64,000 bases of DNA from Octopus bimaculoides. Taxonomy: Eukaryota. The position numbers and the translations under genes are program-made. Positions within the stretch are counted from its first letter, which is position 1, and each line of letters starts with the position of its first letter. This document shows, piece after piece, positions 25,930-39,471 of this stretch. Below the pieces are notes generated by a model. The model was not told where the DNA came from. It did no database searches and worked only from the letters and a program-made list of their open reading frames with translations. The stretch is taken from positions 41,553,536-41,617,535 of the forward strand of contig NC_069000.1 in the NCBI RefSeq assembly GCF_001194135.2, given 5' to 3'.

Positions 25930-28900
25930 CAATAATAATAATGATAATAATAATAATAATAATGATAATAATAATAATAATAATAAGCCAGACATAGTCT
26001 TAATTGAGAAAAAAAGCAAACTATGCTGGACCATAGATATAGTATGCCCTGCTGACAACAAGGTATGCAATAAGGAAGAAAGAAAAGTCGATAGATATGA
26101 CAGGTTAGCTTGGGAGGTTAAGCAGTTGTGGTCGATGAAAAAGGTGGTAGTAGTACCAATAATTATTGGAGCCCTGGGAACAGTGAGTAAAAATCTTGAG
26201 AAGTACATGGAACAAATAGGGGCTGCAATGAGGGTGGAGCATTTGCAGAAAACAGCACTACTTGGAACCACTTGAATACTCCGGAAGGTGCTTGAAAAAT
26301 AAGGGGTATTACCTTAGTTCACTGGTAGTGAAGATGCTGACACCGTAGTACATCTCTAGCATTAGAAGCTGTGCCAAGGCAATAATAATAAATAATAATA
26401 ATAATAATATTTTATAAGATTGAGGTAACTCCTCCAGAAGATATAGAAGCAAAAAAAAAAGAAGAGTGCCATTGTTATCAAGTGAACGATATTTCGACAT
26501 CTCGTGTGTCTTCCACAGGTTCAAAAAATAAACATGTCAATCTACTTCATTTTTGTCAGAGTCAAAAGTCTTGTGTACTGACTCCTCAGCCCTTGTTTGG
26601 TGAGTCACTTAAATCAGCTCTGAATGAGCAGATCTATGAACAAGGATGTTGAACTACATTACTATACATCTAATAAACACTTCCCTTGCTTGAGACAGGA
26701 AGGTATGATTCGATGGAGATTTAGCTACTACTTCAAGAAGGTCAAGCAGCCACATAATGGTTCCCTTAGCGTCCCACTGGCTCTGGACAGCCAACTGTAG
26801 TTCTCAATGTAGAACCACAGAAGAAGATAAGTTGTTTTACAGCAGAGCAACACTTCTCTTGATCTCTTACTTTCTTTCTACATACATACATACATACAGG
26901 AAGAAACCTGTGGAAGAAATAGACCCAGGAACCTCATGAGACAAGGAGGCAAGGCTTGATCTTCAGATGCTGGGTTTCACAAAGGTGGTGACAAGTGATC
27001 GAGACATATTGGCAATTAGCTGTGCCTCAGAGGACACATCAAGCCAAGCAAAATCGTAGTCGTGGTTAGTGCTAGTGGCACATAAGAGGCATCCACTACA
27101 CTCTGTGGAATAGTTGCCACGAGGAAGGGCATCCAGACATAGAAGTCAAGCGAAATCAAACAGGGGTCTGATACAGCTCTCCAGCTTACCAGTCCCAGTG
27201 CTGGCAGTTCAAGAGCCAAATGAAGGGCAGATTTTCAATCCCAGGATCATCCTGATTCCAAAAGGATATACTATGTCTATGGAAAGCAAATGTAAGCTGA
27301 GATACAGGGGTACCAGACAGACAGAATTTCACTTTTATTATTATAGATATACCTCGTGTACTCACCAAGCTTTGGTTGGCCTGGGACTAGAGTAAAAAAC
27401 ACTTGCCCAAGGTGCCAAGGACTGAACCTGAAACAATGTGGTTGTGAAGCAAATTTCTTAACAGCACAGCCACACCTGTGTCTATGATTGACTAAATCTT
27501 CAAAGGTAGAGCCCAGGGTAAACACAGTCCAATAGCTGGGACAAATAAAAGAATAGAACAAAAGAATATACCTTCGGTGTTGACAGAGTCCTTTGAGGAT
27601 TGTTATTAGGGTGTTAAAGATAACCAGGTCTTCTGTGTAGTTTAACAGTTTGAGCAGGCTTTCAGGGTATCTGTGTGCAATGAGTCTCTCAGGATACCTG
27701 GCAACAATGAAATTAACAAAAGGATTTNNNNNNNNNNNNNNNNNNNNNNNNNNNNNNNNNNNNNNNNNNNGGTAATCGTTATGTCCACTTTTTCCATGCT
27801 TACATGAGTCAGACAGTTTATTGAGGCAGATTTTCTTGGGCCAGATGCCCTTTCTGTCATCAACCCTTATCTGTTTCCAAGCAAGGTAATATTTCCCCCA
27901 TGGTCAGACAAGTTTTTATACGTGATTTCAAATGAAAGTCATTCATTTACAATTATAGTATAATGTCAACACATACACACATAAATATACTTATTTATAC
28001 AATGGGCTTCCTTCAGTTTTCATCAACCATTCCGAGAGCACCCATTATGCTCTCGGATTGGTTGGTGTTAGGAACGGCATCCAGCTGTAGAAACCTTGCC
28101 AGATCAGATTGGAACCTGGTGCAGCCTTCTGGCTTGCCAGTCCTCAGTCAAATCATGGAAAGTGGACACATGATGATGAAGATGAAACCCATTCACAAGG
28201 CTTTGATTGGCCCAGGGCATCAATGGGATTGAACCCAGAACTATGTGGTTAGGAAGCAAACTTCTCAACAACACAGTTATGCTTGTATCTAAAAGTTACC
28301 CCTCAAAAATTATGTTAACCTCAAAGTAATTAACGAACAAGAATGTTGTCACCTATTTTTCTGACCAGTGGTCTCATCCTTCTCCTGTCTACTGTTTCAC
28401 CATTATTATTCTGCTGCCCAATATTGTCACTCATCTTCTACTCCCCAACCCATTGCTCTTCAGCTTCCCTTGATCACTCCCACCCTCTCTTCTGAAATGT
28501 GAGTAATCATGTAGCTTCTCTACAGCAAGAAACTTGTTCCGCTTCGGTTCCTTCTCTTATACTTTTCATCTACTTAAATAAAGTTTCCCTTTCTGAGGTT
28601 CGTACTCCTGTAAACTGTACAATAACCTTGCTAGTGCTGGTGGCAGGAAAGAAGCACCCAGCACACACAATGTTCAGTGGTTGGCATTGGGGAGACATCC
28701 AGCTGTAGAAACGATGTGAAAGCAGACACTGGAGCATGATACAGCTTTTGGGCACATCGGATCCTCTCAAACAATCTGACACACGCCATCTTGGAACACA
28801 GATGTTAAATAATGACGATGAGGGAGAGATAGAGAGTGAATAAATGAATACAAGTGTTGGCTGTCATCATGCAGCCCTTATGTTTGTCAGAGCTTGGTGG

Positions 28901-31900
28901 TTCTTGTTGTGGCCTCTTCATATTAGATGGCTCTAGCCCTCCACATCAGTTATTAGTGAACAGCACTTGATGTGACACATGGTGCATTCGGTTCTCTCTT
29001 GTCTGTCATTAACTACGCCTTCTCTCTGTCTGTGACTGTGTGATTGTCTTTTTTTTTTTTTTATAAACTGTGTTTAGCTCACTCACGATTTGACTGATTT
29101 GTAATCTACAAGTTTTGATTGGTCAGTATTTTTGCTGGAGTCAGCCAATGAAATTGATGTATAGTTTTTGAAAGTCATTGATAAGTTATACTGTTTTTTC
29201 ATGACATCATCAGTAAATCTGTTTAACAACTAAGTTATTTTACTAAATTCTTCAGTATTTTCAGAGTTAATTATGACAAAGGCAGTGTATTTCAACAAAA
29301 ATATGGTAACAAAAGGGTTAAAGTGATCTAAATTCATCAAAATGTCATGCTAATTTATGCTTCAAATCCCCACATAATAAAGGACAAAATCATTAAACTA
29401 AATTCTTCATTATTTTCAAAATTAATTGAAACAAAAGCAGTGTATTTGAAAAGAAATATGGGAACAAAAGGGTTAAATTAAAACCTTCTATCAAAATTTC
29501 ATGCAAATTTAAGTTCCAAATGCCAGCTTAATCATATACAACAATGACAAAATTATTTTGCTAAATTTTTAAGTATTTGCTAAATTAATTGAAACAAAGT
29601 CAGTGTATTTCGATAGAAATGAAGTAACAAATGGGGTATTTCATTATTGAATCTACCTTTGTATACAGATACAGTTTATTTTTATGTTATGTCAGAGTCT
29701 TTATTTAGCACCAAGGTAATCCCCTAGGGTTCAGTCGCTAAGAATTCAATCCCAAAGCAGGTAACACTGGTTTACATGATTACTAGTAACTAGCAGACAA
29801 TTTCTGATCTGACCTGATGAGCAACTGACTTTCTAGAAGAGGAGAGAAGGGAAAAAGCAAAGGAGAAGCATTGGACACCTACTTGAGACAGACTTTTGTG
29901 TATTTTCCAAGCAAGTTAGCAGTGAGTTTAAGTCCCGACTTGTCCTGTAATAAAAATAGAAAGCAACATTATTGTCATCCAGATCCAGCAAATCTAAGCT
30001 CATAGACGTTCCATCTGTGACCATCCTATCTTTTTCTCATCAGATATAGTGTATCTGAGACCACATTATCCATTGTCCACTTCTCTTTATTAAATAACAG
30101 GCTGCTATTTCTAGCAAGATTAACAACCATGTAGAGGATCCCACATTGGTTGATGCAGTTAAAAAGATAAGGGAATGGGAAAGGGGGTTAAATTTTTATA
30201 TAAAGGTTATATTTTAGGGGACAGCTTAGCTGTTTTATTAAGGAAGAGAGGATAATATTTTAAGGAATGACTATTTTAGGTAAGGATGGCTATATTTTAA
30301 GGAAAGGCTATATTATAAGGGCAAGGGCTATATACTAAAGGGAGAGCTATATTTTAAGGGAAGAGTTATATGTTAAAGGAGGGATAAATTATAAGGGAAG
30401 ATTCTATTTTAGAGGAAAGTTATATTTTAAGGGGAGCTTGTATTGTAGGAAAGAGCTATATTTTAAAAGGATCTATATTTTAAGGGGAGGGTTTATTTTA
30501 GGAGAGGGCTACATTTTAGGGAAGTGGACTGCTCAAAATTACATGCTGTTGTGTCTAGAAATCGAACCCTAACCACTGGGCCACATGCTAAGGTAAAGGT
30601 TGACCTACATCAGGATAGAGGTAGGAAAAAGAGAAAAAGTCTTTTTAGAACAAACATGAAATATATGATAATAGCAACAGCAACATCAACACTGAATGAC
30701 AACAACAATAAGAACAGCAACAACTACAACAAATGACAATTATAGCAAAAAGAAAAATGAAGGAACAAACAATAATAAGTAAAACAATTGTCATGACAAA
30801 AACAAGAACAACAAATGACAATGATGGAAACAGCAAAGACAATGGGACAACAACAAATAAAACAACAATAAACAATGACAACAACTTTATGACAAGGAAA
30901 AGTCAAAATGAAACCAAAAAAAAAAAAAAGAAGAAAGTAATACGTGTTACCTTGGTGTGTGATCTACAACTTAAAAGGGTAATTACTTTAGGTTATATTT
31001 TAGTTTACTTTTCAATTTCTAGAAAACCCTTAACCCTTTCATTACCAATCCGGATGAAACCGGTTCTGGCTCTGAGTACAAATGTCTTCTTTTCAAAAGT
31101 TCTGAATTAAAATCTTCCACCAAACCTTAGTCACAATTTATGTTCCTAACACTAGCTGAATGATAACTAAGTTATTTTACTAAATTCTTTGTTATATTTA
31201 AAATTAATTGAAAGAAACACAGAGCATCTCAACAGAAATATGATAACAAAAGGGTTAAAATATNNNNNNNNNNNNNNNNNNNNNNNNNNNNNNNNNNNNN
31301 NNNNNNNNNNNNNNNNNNNNNNNNNNNNNNNNNNNNNNNNNNNNNNNNNNNNNNNNNNNNNNNNNNNNNNNNNNNNNNNNNNNNNNNNNNNNNNNNNNNN
31401 NNNNNNNNNNNNNNNNNNNNNNNNNNNNNNNNNNNNNNNNNNNNNNNNNNNNNNNNNNNNNNNNNNNNNNNNNNNNNNNNNNNNNNNNNNNNNNNNNNNN
31501 NNNNNNNNNNNNNNNNNNNNNNNNNNNNNNNNNNNNNNNNNNNNNNNNNNNNNNNNNNNNNNNNNNNNNNNNNNNNNNNNNNNNNNNNNNNNNNNNNNNN
31601 NNNNNNNNNNNNNNNNNNNNNNNNNNNNNNNNNNNNNNNNNNNNNNNNNNNNNNNNNNNNNNNNNNNNNNNNNNNNNNNNNNNNNNNNNNNNNNNNNNNN
31701 CGGCAGGGGATGGTGGCGAACCCTGCTGTACTCTTTCATCACAACTTTCTCTCTCTCTTACTTCCTGTTTCTGTTGTGCCTGTAATTCAAAGGGTCAGCC
31801 TTGTCACACTGTGTCACGCTGAATATCCCCGAGAACTACGTTAAGGGTACACGTGTCTGTAGAGTGCTCAACCACTTGCACGTTAATTTCACGAGCAGAC

Positions 31901-32854
31901 TGTTCCGTTGATCGGATCAACTGGAACCCTCGACGTCGTAAGCGACAGAGTGCCAACAACACCTTATTATCATTTACAAAGACATAAATGAAACATAGTT
32001 TTATTATTATTATTATTAAAAAGTAAGAATGTTGAAAAAATACCTTTACAATGCTAAATATGTACAAAAGAATTTATAAAAAATTTGTATAGCAATTTGA
32101 TAATTTGAATAACTTTATCAATGAATTGAGTGAACATCTGCTAGAAATGCAAGAACATCTTAAGGGTTTTTAGAAATTGAAAAGTAAACTAAAAAGTGAC
32201 AAAGTGTTCACTCTTTAAGTTATAGATCACGTACCAAAGTAGCATCAGGCAATACCATCTTGGTGTTATTTGAACTTACTTCCTTCCAATACAGGACACA
32301 GCATATTGTGACAAGCTTGTCAGCCGAAGGAGTGAATATCTGGAAAGCTGTTTCGGACTCTTCAAACACCGGCTTTAAAAAATTAGAAATAAAAAAACAA
32401 AATACATAAATTCATACAGTGGGGTCCTACATATACAAACATAATCTATTTCTTCACCTTGGTCATTAACCAAATTGTTTGTTACATGAATAACTGAAAT
32501 ACATATAAATAGAGGTAATCTATTCCATGTCACACCCAACTGCACAGGTAATGGGGAATGGTATGGAGAGTCTGAGAATTAGGCCTTGGCATATGTATGT
32601 ATTATTAAGCTGGAACACAATTAACACAAATTAACATTTTGATGGAAGACTATAATTTAGATCACTTTTAAAACAGTAAGTTTGTATCCCAGGACCAAGG
32701 ACAGTCTCATGTAGGCTGGTATTAGGATAGGTTAAAAATATGGAGCACACATATATGACAGGAATTAAGTGGTGGCTTGAAGTAATCTCACCTGAACATA
32801 ACCATCTCTGGACACTGCTTTCTTCCAGTTGACCAACTGCTGACCCACACTGTG

Positions 32855-32907
<53 letters not shown>

Positions 32908-35900
32908 CAGCATCAACATCATCATCATCATCATCATCATTACAGTCTTCAGAGCCAGCTGTTGCTGTATTATCCAGCAGTTCTACAGCATACGATGGAT
33001 AGCCATCTGTTTCAACATCATCCTTTCCAATGATGTCATTGTCATTATTGTTTGGTGCACAGGGTGACACAACCTGAAACAGCAAGAGGAACACTACATC
33101 ATTATCATCATGCTACCACCACCGCCGCTGCCACTACCATCATTCACCACCACCACCACCACCACCACCGTCACCCCTACCATCATTTCCACCACAATCA
33201 CTACTACCATCACCAGCATCACCCCCACACAACACACTTCCATATCCACCACCACTACATCATTTTTCCCATCACTAGCACACCCATCATCATAATCACT
33301 ATTATCGTCTTCTTCACAGTTGCCACCACTAACGACATCATCATCATCATCATCACTACCTGTCCCATCATCATCACAGCCAATGTTATTATCATCTCCT
33401 CCACTCGCACCATTTACTCAACTGTGCTTCATAACAGAAAAAGAAACATCAACTGGATCGGTTTCAAACCTGTGTTAGGACTTCATCAGCAACCATATAC
33501 ATGCTCCAACTGTCTGTGTCTGGGGAGATATCACTTGTGAACCCAGTATTAACACGGTCTTAAGTAAATCAGAGAGATTAAGTTTGTGAGGTAGTGGATT
33601 TAGACCAAAGAGCATGTAAGTTTTGAAAAAGAAGATGATCTCCTGTGTGCCAGTGGGTGTGAGTGATAGGGGATCTGGTGTTGGGAGCTAAGCTGGAGAC
33701 CAAGAGACATTGAGTAGAGAAATCAGCTGAGCAGAAATGGCAAGAGACAGGTGACCTGTTTCCAAGACAGATGTTTCTGATGTCCTCTGCAAATCTGTCA
33801 GACAATCAATAGCCATATTTGTCAAATGTGGATCAAATTACAGGGGAAAACACCAGAGCACACATATATAGCATTTAAACTGGCCATATCCAGTTCAAAT
33901 ATTCCACCGCTTGCAAGTTACTTGATGACCCCCAGTCCACACTGTCAAGTTGGTGTTTGGAAGAGCATCCGCCTGTAAAAACCATGCCAAAAAACAGGCC
34001 TCAAAAAAAAAAAAAAAACAGGTACCAGTGCCACATAAAAGGCACTCAGTCCATTCTGCAAAATGGTTGGCATTAGGAAAGGCATTCAAAACCCTGCCAA
34101 AACAGACAGTGAAGCCTGGTACAGTCTTCTGCCTAGCCAGCTCCTGTTAAACGATCCAGCATGGAAAATGGACATTAAATGATGATGATGATGATGCACA
34201 TGCTCAAACCAACCAGATCCAGCTTCTCATACCGACACTACATTGTCATTTTAAAAATAAACAATCATACTGAAACCACAAAGTAACAAGATAATGCATG
34301 ATTAATTCAAAACATTTGACAGAGTAATCTGAATGCTAAAGGGTTAAAAAACATAAACCCTTGGTTCGAAGGTGGAATATGAGGCTATGGGAATTCATGT
34401 GGACAATTTTAGCAATACAGAGGTTGAAATATGCTTACCTTTAGGGTCAAGATTTTGTTCTGTCCATCAAGGGATTGTGTGAGATTGGTAAACAATTCTG
34501 AGCTTTCACTGAATGAATGGCCTGTGTAGCAGGGCATGAATAAATAGATATATACACAGAGGAATTATTTAACGATCACTACCATCACAATAATAATAAT
34601 AACAACAACAATAATATTAATAATCCTTTCTGCTATAGGTACAAGGCCTGAAATTTGTGGGGAGGGAGTAAGCTAATCATATCGACTGCTACTTAATTTA
34701 TAAACTCCGAAAGGATGAAAGGCAAAGTCAACCTTGGCAGAATTTGAACTCAGAACATAGAGACGGATGAAATGCCACTAAGCTTTTCACCCAGCAAGCT
34801 AACAGTTCTGCCAGCTTGCTGCCCTAATAATAATGATAATGATAATAATAAAGGATTCAAATTTTGGCACAAGACCTGCAATTTTGAGAGAGGGGCTAAG
34901 TCAATTACATCAACTCCAGTGCATAGCAGGTACTTATTTTATCAACCCCAACAATTTCTAATGTAGCCTGAAGGAGAAGGTTAAACTCAGAACTTAAAAA
35001 TATATAAACTAATGAACACTAGCATATAAATGGTATTAGATTAATTGAACCCCTTAAGTGACAAAAGAAAAAATGGATAAATAAAAAAAAATTTTAATGG
35101 GCAATGCTAACTTTATCCCACGTGGGTGGGATTTGAACTTAGGAAATCTTGAAATGGAACATAAAACAGAAAACCAATAAAAGAAAGTAAAGAAGCAGTG
35201 TTAATAGTTTACCTGGCACTGGGCTGATATGAGCCAGGTGGCACCTGATCGCCTGAGCAGGGAGGCACATGAGCTGCTGTGACATGGTTCGAAGATCACT
35301 CAGTGGCACCGTGCCACAGTAACCATGGTCGACAAAATGGACATCGGCTTCGCTGTCAGTCACCTTCGTCAGCCGTACTCTGTGCCACCTGAATGTGGAA
35401 GGAGACACAGTTGTGGCATTTCATTATCAGTGTATAAAATTATCATTTGACTTATATACTTATTTCTTATACACTTTCTCCTCAACTTACGACCTACCTG
35501 ACTTATGACCATCCACACTTAAGACCACAAAAAATAGAAAATCCATTTTCGGACATTGGGCAGCCGCACGTATGACAATTATGGCAGCATCTGGCAACCC
35601 CTCAGATTACTGCCAGCCACTGTCTCTCACTCAGTTGCTCTCAAGCATCAGTTGCATTTGAATGAAAATAGTATTGAATGAAAATAGTATTGAATGAAAA
35701 TAGTATTGAATGAAAATAGTATTGAATGAAAATAGTATTGAATGAAAATAGTATTGAATGAAAATAGTATTGAATGAAAATAGTACATTGGCCTGAGGTT
35801 ATAGTAGAAGATGGCTCATCAGTCATCCTCCAAAAGATCAATTTCATGCTTATAACGAGGATAGGAGGCCGGTGCCCACCCCTACTCATTTAATGAGACC

Positions 35901-36095
35901 TAGACTACATAGTCAGACAGAGAGTGACCTCTTTCACTTACAGAGAATCAGACCAGATGGCCAAACAGTGCAGTCCTTCTGTCCAGTCACGTTTCGGTTG
36001 AGGTTTAGTTTCTTTCCGAACACTCTCCTGAATCTTCTCCATCAATTCGCTGAGGCTGCATGTAAAAGGAGAGAAAGAGTGTCGTAAATTAGATA

Positions 36096-36193
<98 letters not shown>

Positions 36194-39020
36194 AGAGAGA
36201 GAGAGAGAGTAAGATTTACATAAGCATCTATTAAGTAAGAGAGGACTTGAAACTTGGAACCTAAAGCTGGAAGTATTTGGTCTGATACACAAACAACAAC
36301 AACAATAATAATTTTTGTTGTGATCATAATCCATTCTACCATAGGCAAAGGGGTTGAAATTTTGCAGGAGGGGTTAAGTCAGTCGTGTTGACTCCAGAAA
36401 TTAATTGATACTTGTTTTATTGATTCTGGAACGATAAAAGGCTAAGTCAACTGTGGCAGAATCCGAACTCCAAAAGAAAAGGCAGAGAAAACATCACTAA
36501 GCATTTTGTCCAATGTGTTAACCCTTTCGTTACCATATTTAATAATAATAATAATAATAATAATAAAAGTTAACAACCCACCTATTTAGTTTGTCCACTT
36601 TCTGAACAAAGAAATGACCAGGATGGACAATGTATGAAATCACAACATTTTGGTTAGATTCTTCTGGAACCAGCGGCTCTGAGGTAAGATCACTTTCCCA
36701 ACCAGTTACTCTGTTCAGGAGAAAACAGAAATGAAACACAATAACAACACCAATGCACAAAGCAATACAACTCACTGGTATATAATATACATTTTTCCCT
36801 CATAAGAACATCTCGAAAAGAACCCCCTGCAAAGTTGGACCTCCTAAAACCTTTAATGCATTGAAAAAATTTCTTTCCTCAATATATGAGCGGTAGCCAT
36901 TCGGCTGTGTCTAAGATGCTGAGAATCTGAAGAGAGCAATGGTAGTTTTGCATCAGTAAACTGCGAATTCAGTAAAGGCACAGCAACAATGTGACATAAG
37001 TTAAGAAGAGTTCTTAATGGAATATATATATGTGTGTATAGACACCGATAAAACAAGTGCCAGGCTAAAAGCAAGTAAAAAGTACCGTGGTCGATTTGTT
37101 CGACTGAGATTCTTCGAGATGGCACCCCAGCATGGGCATGGTTCAGCCCACATGGATTGAAACAAGTAAAAGATATATACATACACATCAGCAGCACACA
37201 CACACAAACGCGCGCGTGCGCACAAAACACACGCACAACACACACTCACATATGCGCATGTGCATGTATGTGCACACACACACACACACGTACACATGCA
37301 AGCAAGCAAACACATGTATCTAGGGGCAGATGTATAGTTTGGTTAAAAATCTTCCGGCAACACGGCTGGAAAAAGACAAAGAAATATTTCTTTTTATATT
37401 TTCACTGACCTTGTCTTGGCTATGATGGAGGGTTTCTCATCAGGGAGGTACTTCTTAAATTTCTCTCGAAGAAGGACCAAGTGCTAAAAGTAGAAGGCAA
37501 GAGTATAAGCAACAAAAATAAACATGCAACAACAAAATATGAATCAATGAGGAAACCACCACATACTCACTCAACTTGCAAGAAATAGCAGCTAAGTTTC
37601 CCTCAAAACATACCCTAATCTGATCACAGGCTCACTTAATACTCTTAAGTTATAGATTTGAATTTTGTAGACAAGGTCAGAACAGTACTGGAGAGGTATT
37701 TTTCATCATAGACAATTGAATTTTGGAAGAGAAGCCTTGCAAGTCTACAGGATAGATGGAAGAGCGTTGTGGAAAATGAAGGAGAGTATATTTGAGATTA
37801 AAAAAGAACTTTATCTTCATTTTGAAAAACAAAAGAAGTATAAAAAAAAGCACATTATTTAAGGGATGACCCAATACATACATCATCATCATCATAATTT
37901 AATATCCTTTGTCCATACTGGCATGGGTTGGAATGTTTGACTAGGGCTGGATGCCCTTCCTAATGCCGAGCACTTTGTGTGTAATGGGTGCATTTGTGCG
38001 CCACTGGCACGGGTGCCATTTGCCTGACATACCCAAACACACACACACACACACAGAGGACATTTATATAATGTTCTGTAGTAACTAAGAAAAATATAAA
38101 TTTACTATGATGACAACGTAAAAGCACCGACTACACTCTCTGAGTGGTTGGCGTTAGGAAGGGCATCCAGCTGTAGAAACTCTGCCAAATCAGATTGGAG
38201 CCTGGTGTTGCCATCCGGTTTTCACCAGTCCTCAGTCAAATCGTCCAACCCATGCTAGCATGGAAAGCGGAAGTTAAACGATGATGATGATGATGATGAT
38301 GACGATGATGATAAGAAGAACAGACAACGATGATGACGCAAATGATGCTGAAGATACTAATGATTCTAATAAGCGATGACAATGACAAGCATATGCAAAA
38401 TACCTCAGGGTTATCGACTGCAAGTTTCTGATCCAACAGCTCCCGGCGCAGACTTGTGCCATTGGTTACCGAACTGATGTCCTTTAAAAAGATCCGTTCT
38501 AGAAGTGGATCGAGCCACAGTGAATTCTTTGTTCTGGAAAACAATAAAAAAAGAAACTTTTAACAATTTTTATACTTGGAATTTTACAAGCATCTGCACC
38601 GGTGCCATGTATAAAAAACCCCACGCCAGTGTCTCATTCAGAGCACCCAGTACACTCTGTAAAGTGGCTGGTGTTAGGAAGAGCATTCAGCTCTAGAAAC
38701 CAGGCTAAAACAGCAGACAATTGAAGCTTGGTGTAGTTCTCCAGCTTACCGGCCCCTGTCAAACTGTCCAACCCATACCAGCATGGGAAACACATAAGGA
38801 AAAGTGTATGTCCAAAATGTAATTAGATGTATTAGTTAGAAATATACATAGGCACAAGCATGGCTGTGTGGTAAGAAGCTTGCTTACCAACCACATGATT
38901 CCAGGTTCAGTCCCACTGTGTGGCACCTTGGGCAAGTGTCTTCTACTATAGCTTCGGGCCAACGAAAGCCTTGTGAGTGAATTTGGTAGACGGAAACTGA
39001 GAGAAGCTCACCATATACAT

Positions 39021-39055
<35 letters not shown>

Positions 39056-39436
39056 NNNNNNNNNNNNNNNNNNNNNNNNNNNNNNNNNNNNNNNNNNNNN
39101 NNNNNNNNNNNNNNNNNNNNNNNNNNNNNNNNNNNNNNNNNNNNNNNNNNNNNNNNNNNNNNNNNNNNNNNNNNNNNNNNNNNNNNNNNNNNNNNNNNNN
39201 NNNNNNNNNNNNNNNNNNNNNNNNNNNNNNNNNNNNNNNNNNNNNNNNNNNNNNNNNNNNNNNNNNNNNNNNNNNNNNNNNNNNNNNNNNNNNNNNNNNN
39301 NNNNNNNNNNNNNNNNNNNNNNNNNNNNNNNNNNNNNNNNNNNNNNNNNNNNNNNNNNNNNNNNNNNNNNNNNNNNNNNNNNNNNNNNNNNNNNNNNNNN
39401 NNNNNNNNNNNNNNNNNNNNNNNNNNNNNNNNNNTA

Positions 39437-39471
<35 letters not shown>

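Noticed and set aside
30951-30963. 13-nt microexon candidate
   Set aside because: Would frameshift between two phase-0 junctions
35660-35785. Regular repeats as a CRISPR array
   Set aside because: No spacers, eukaryotic context, no cas genes
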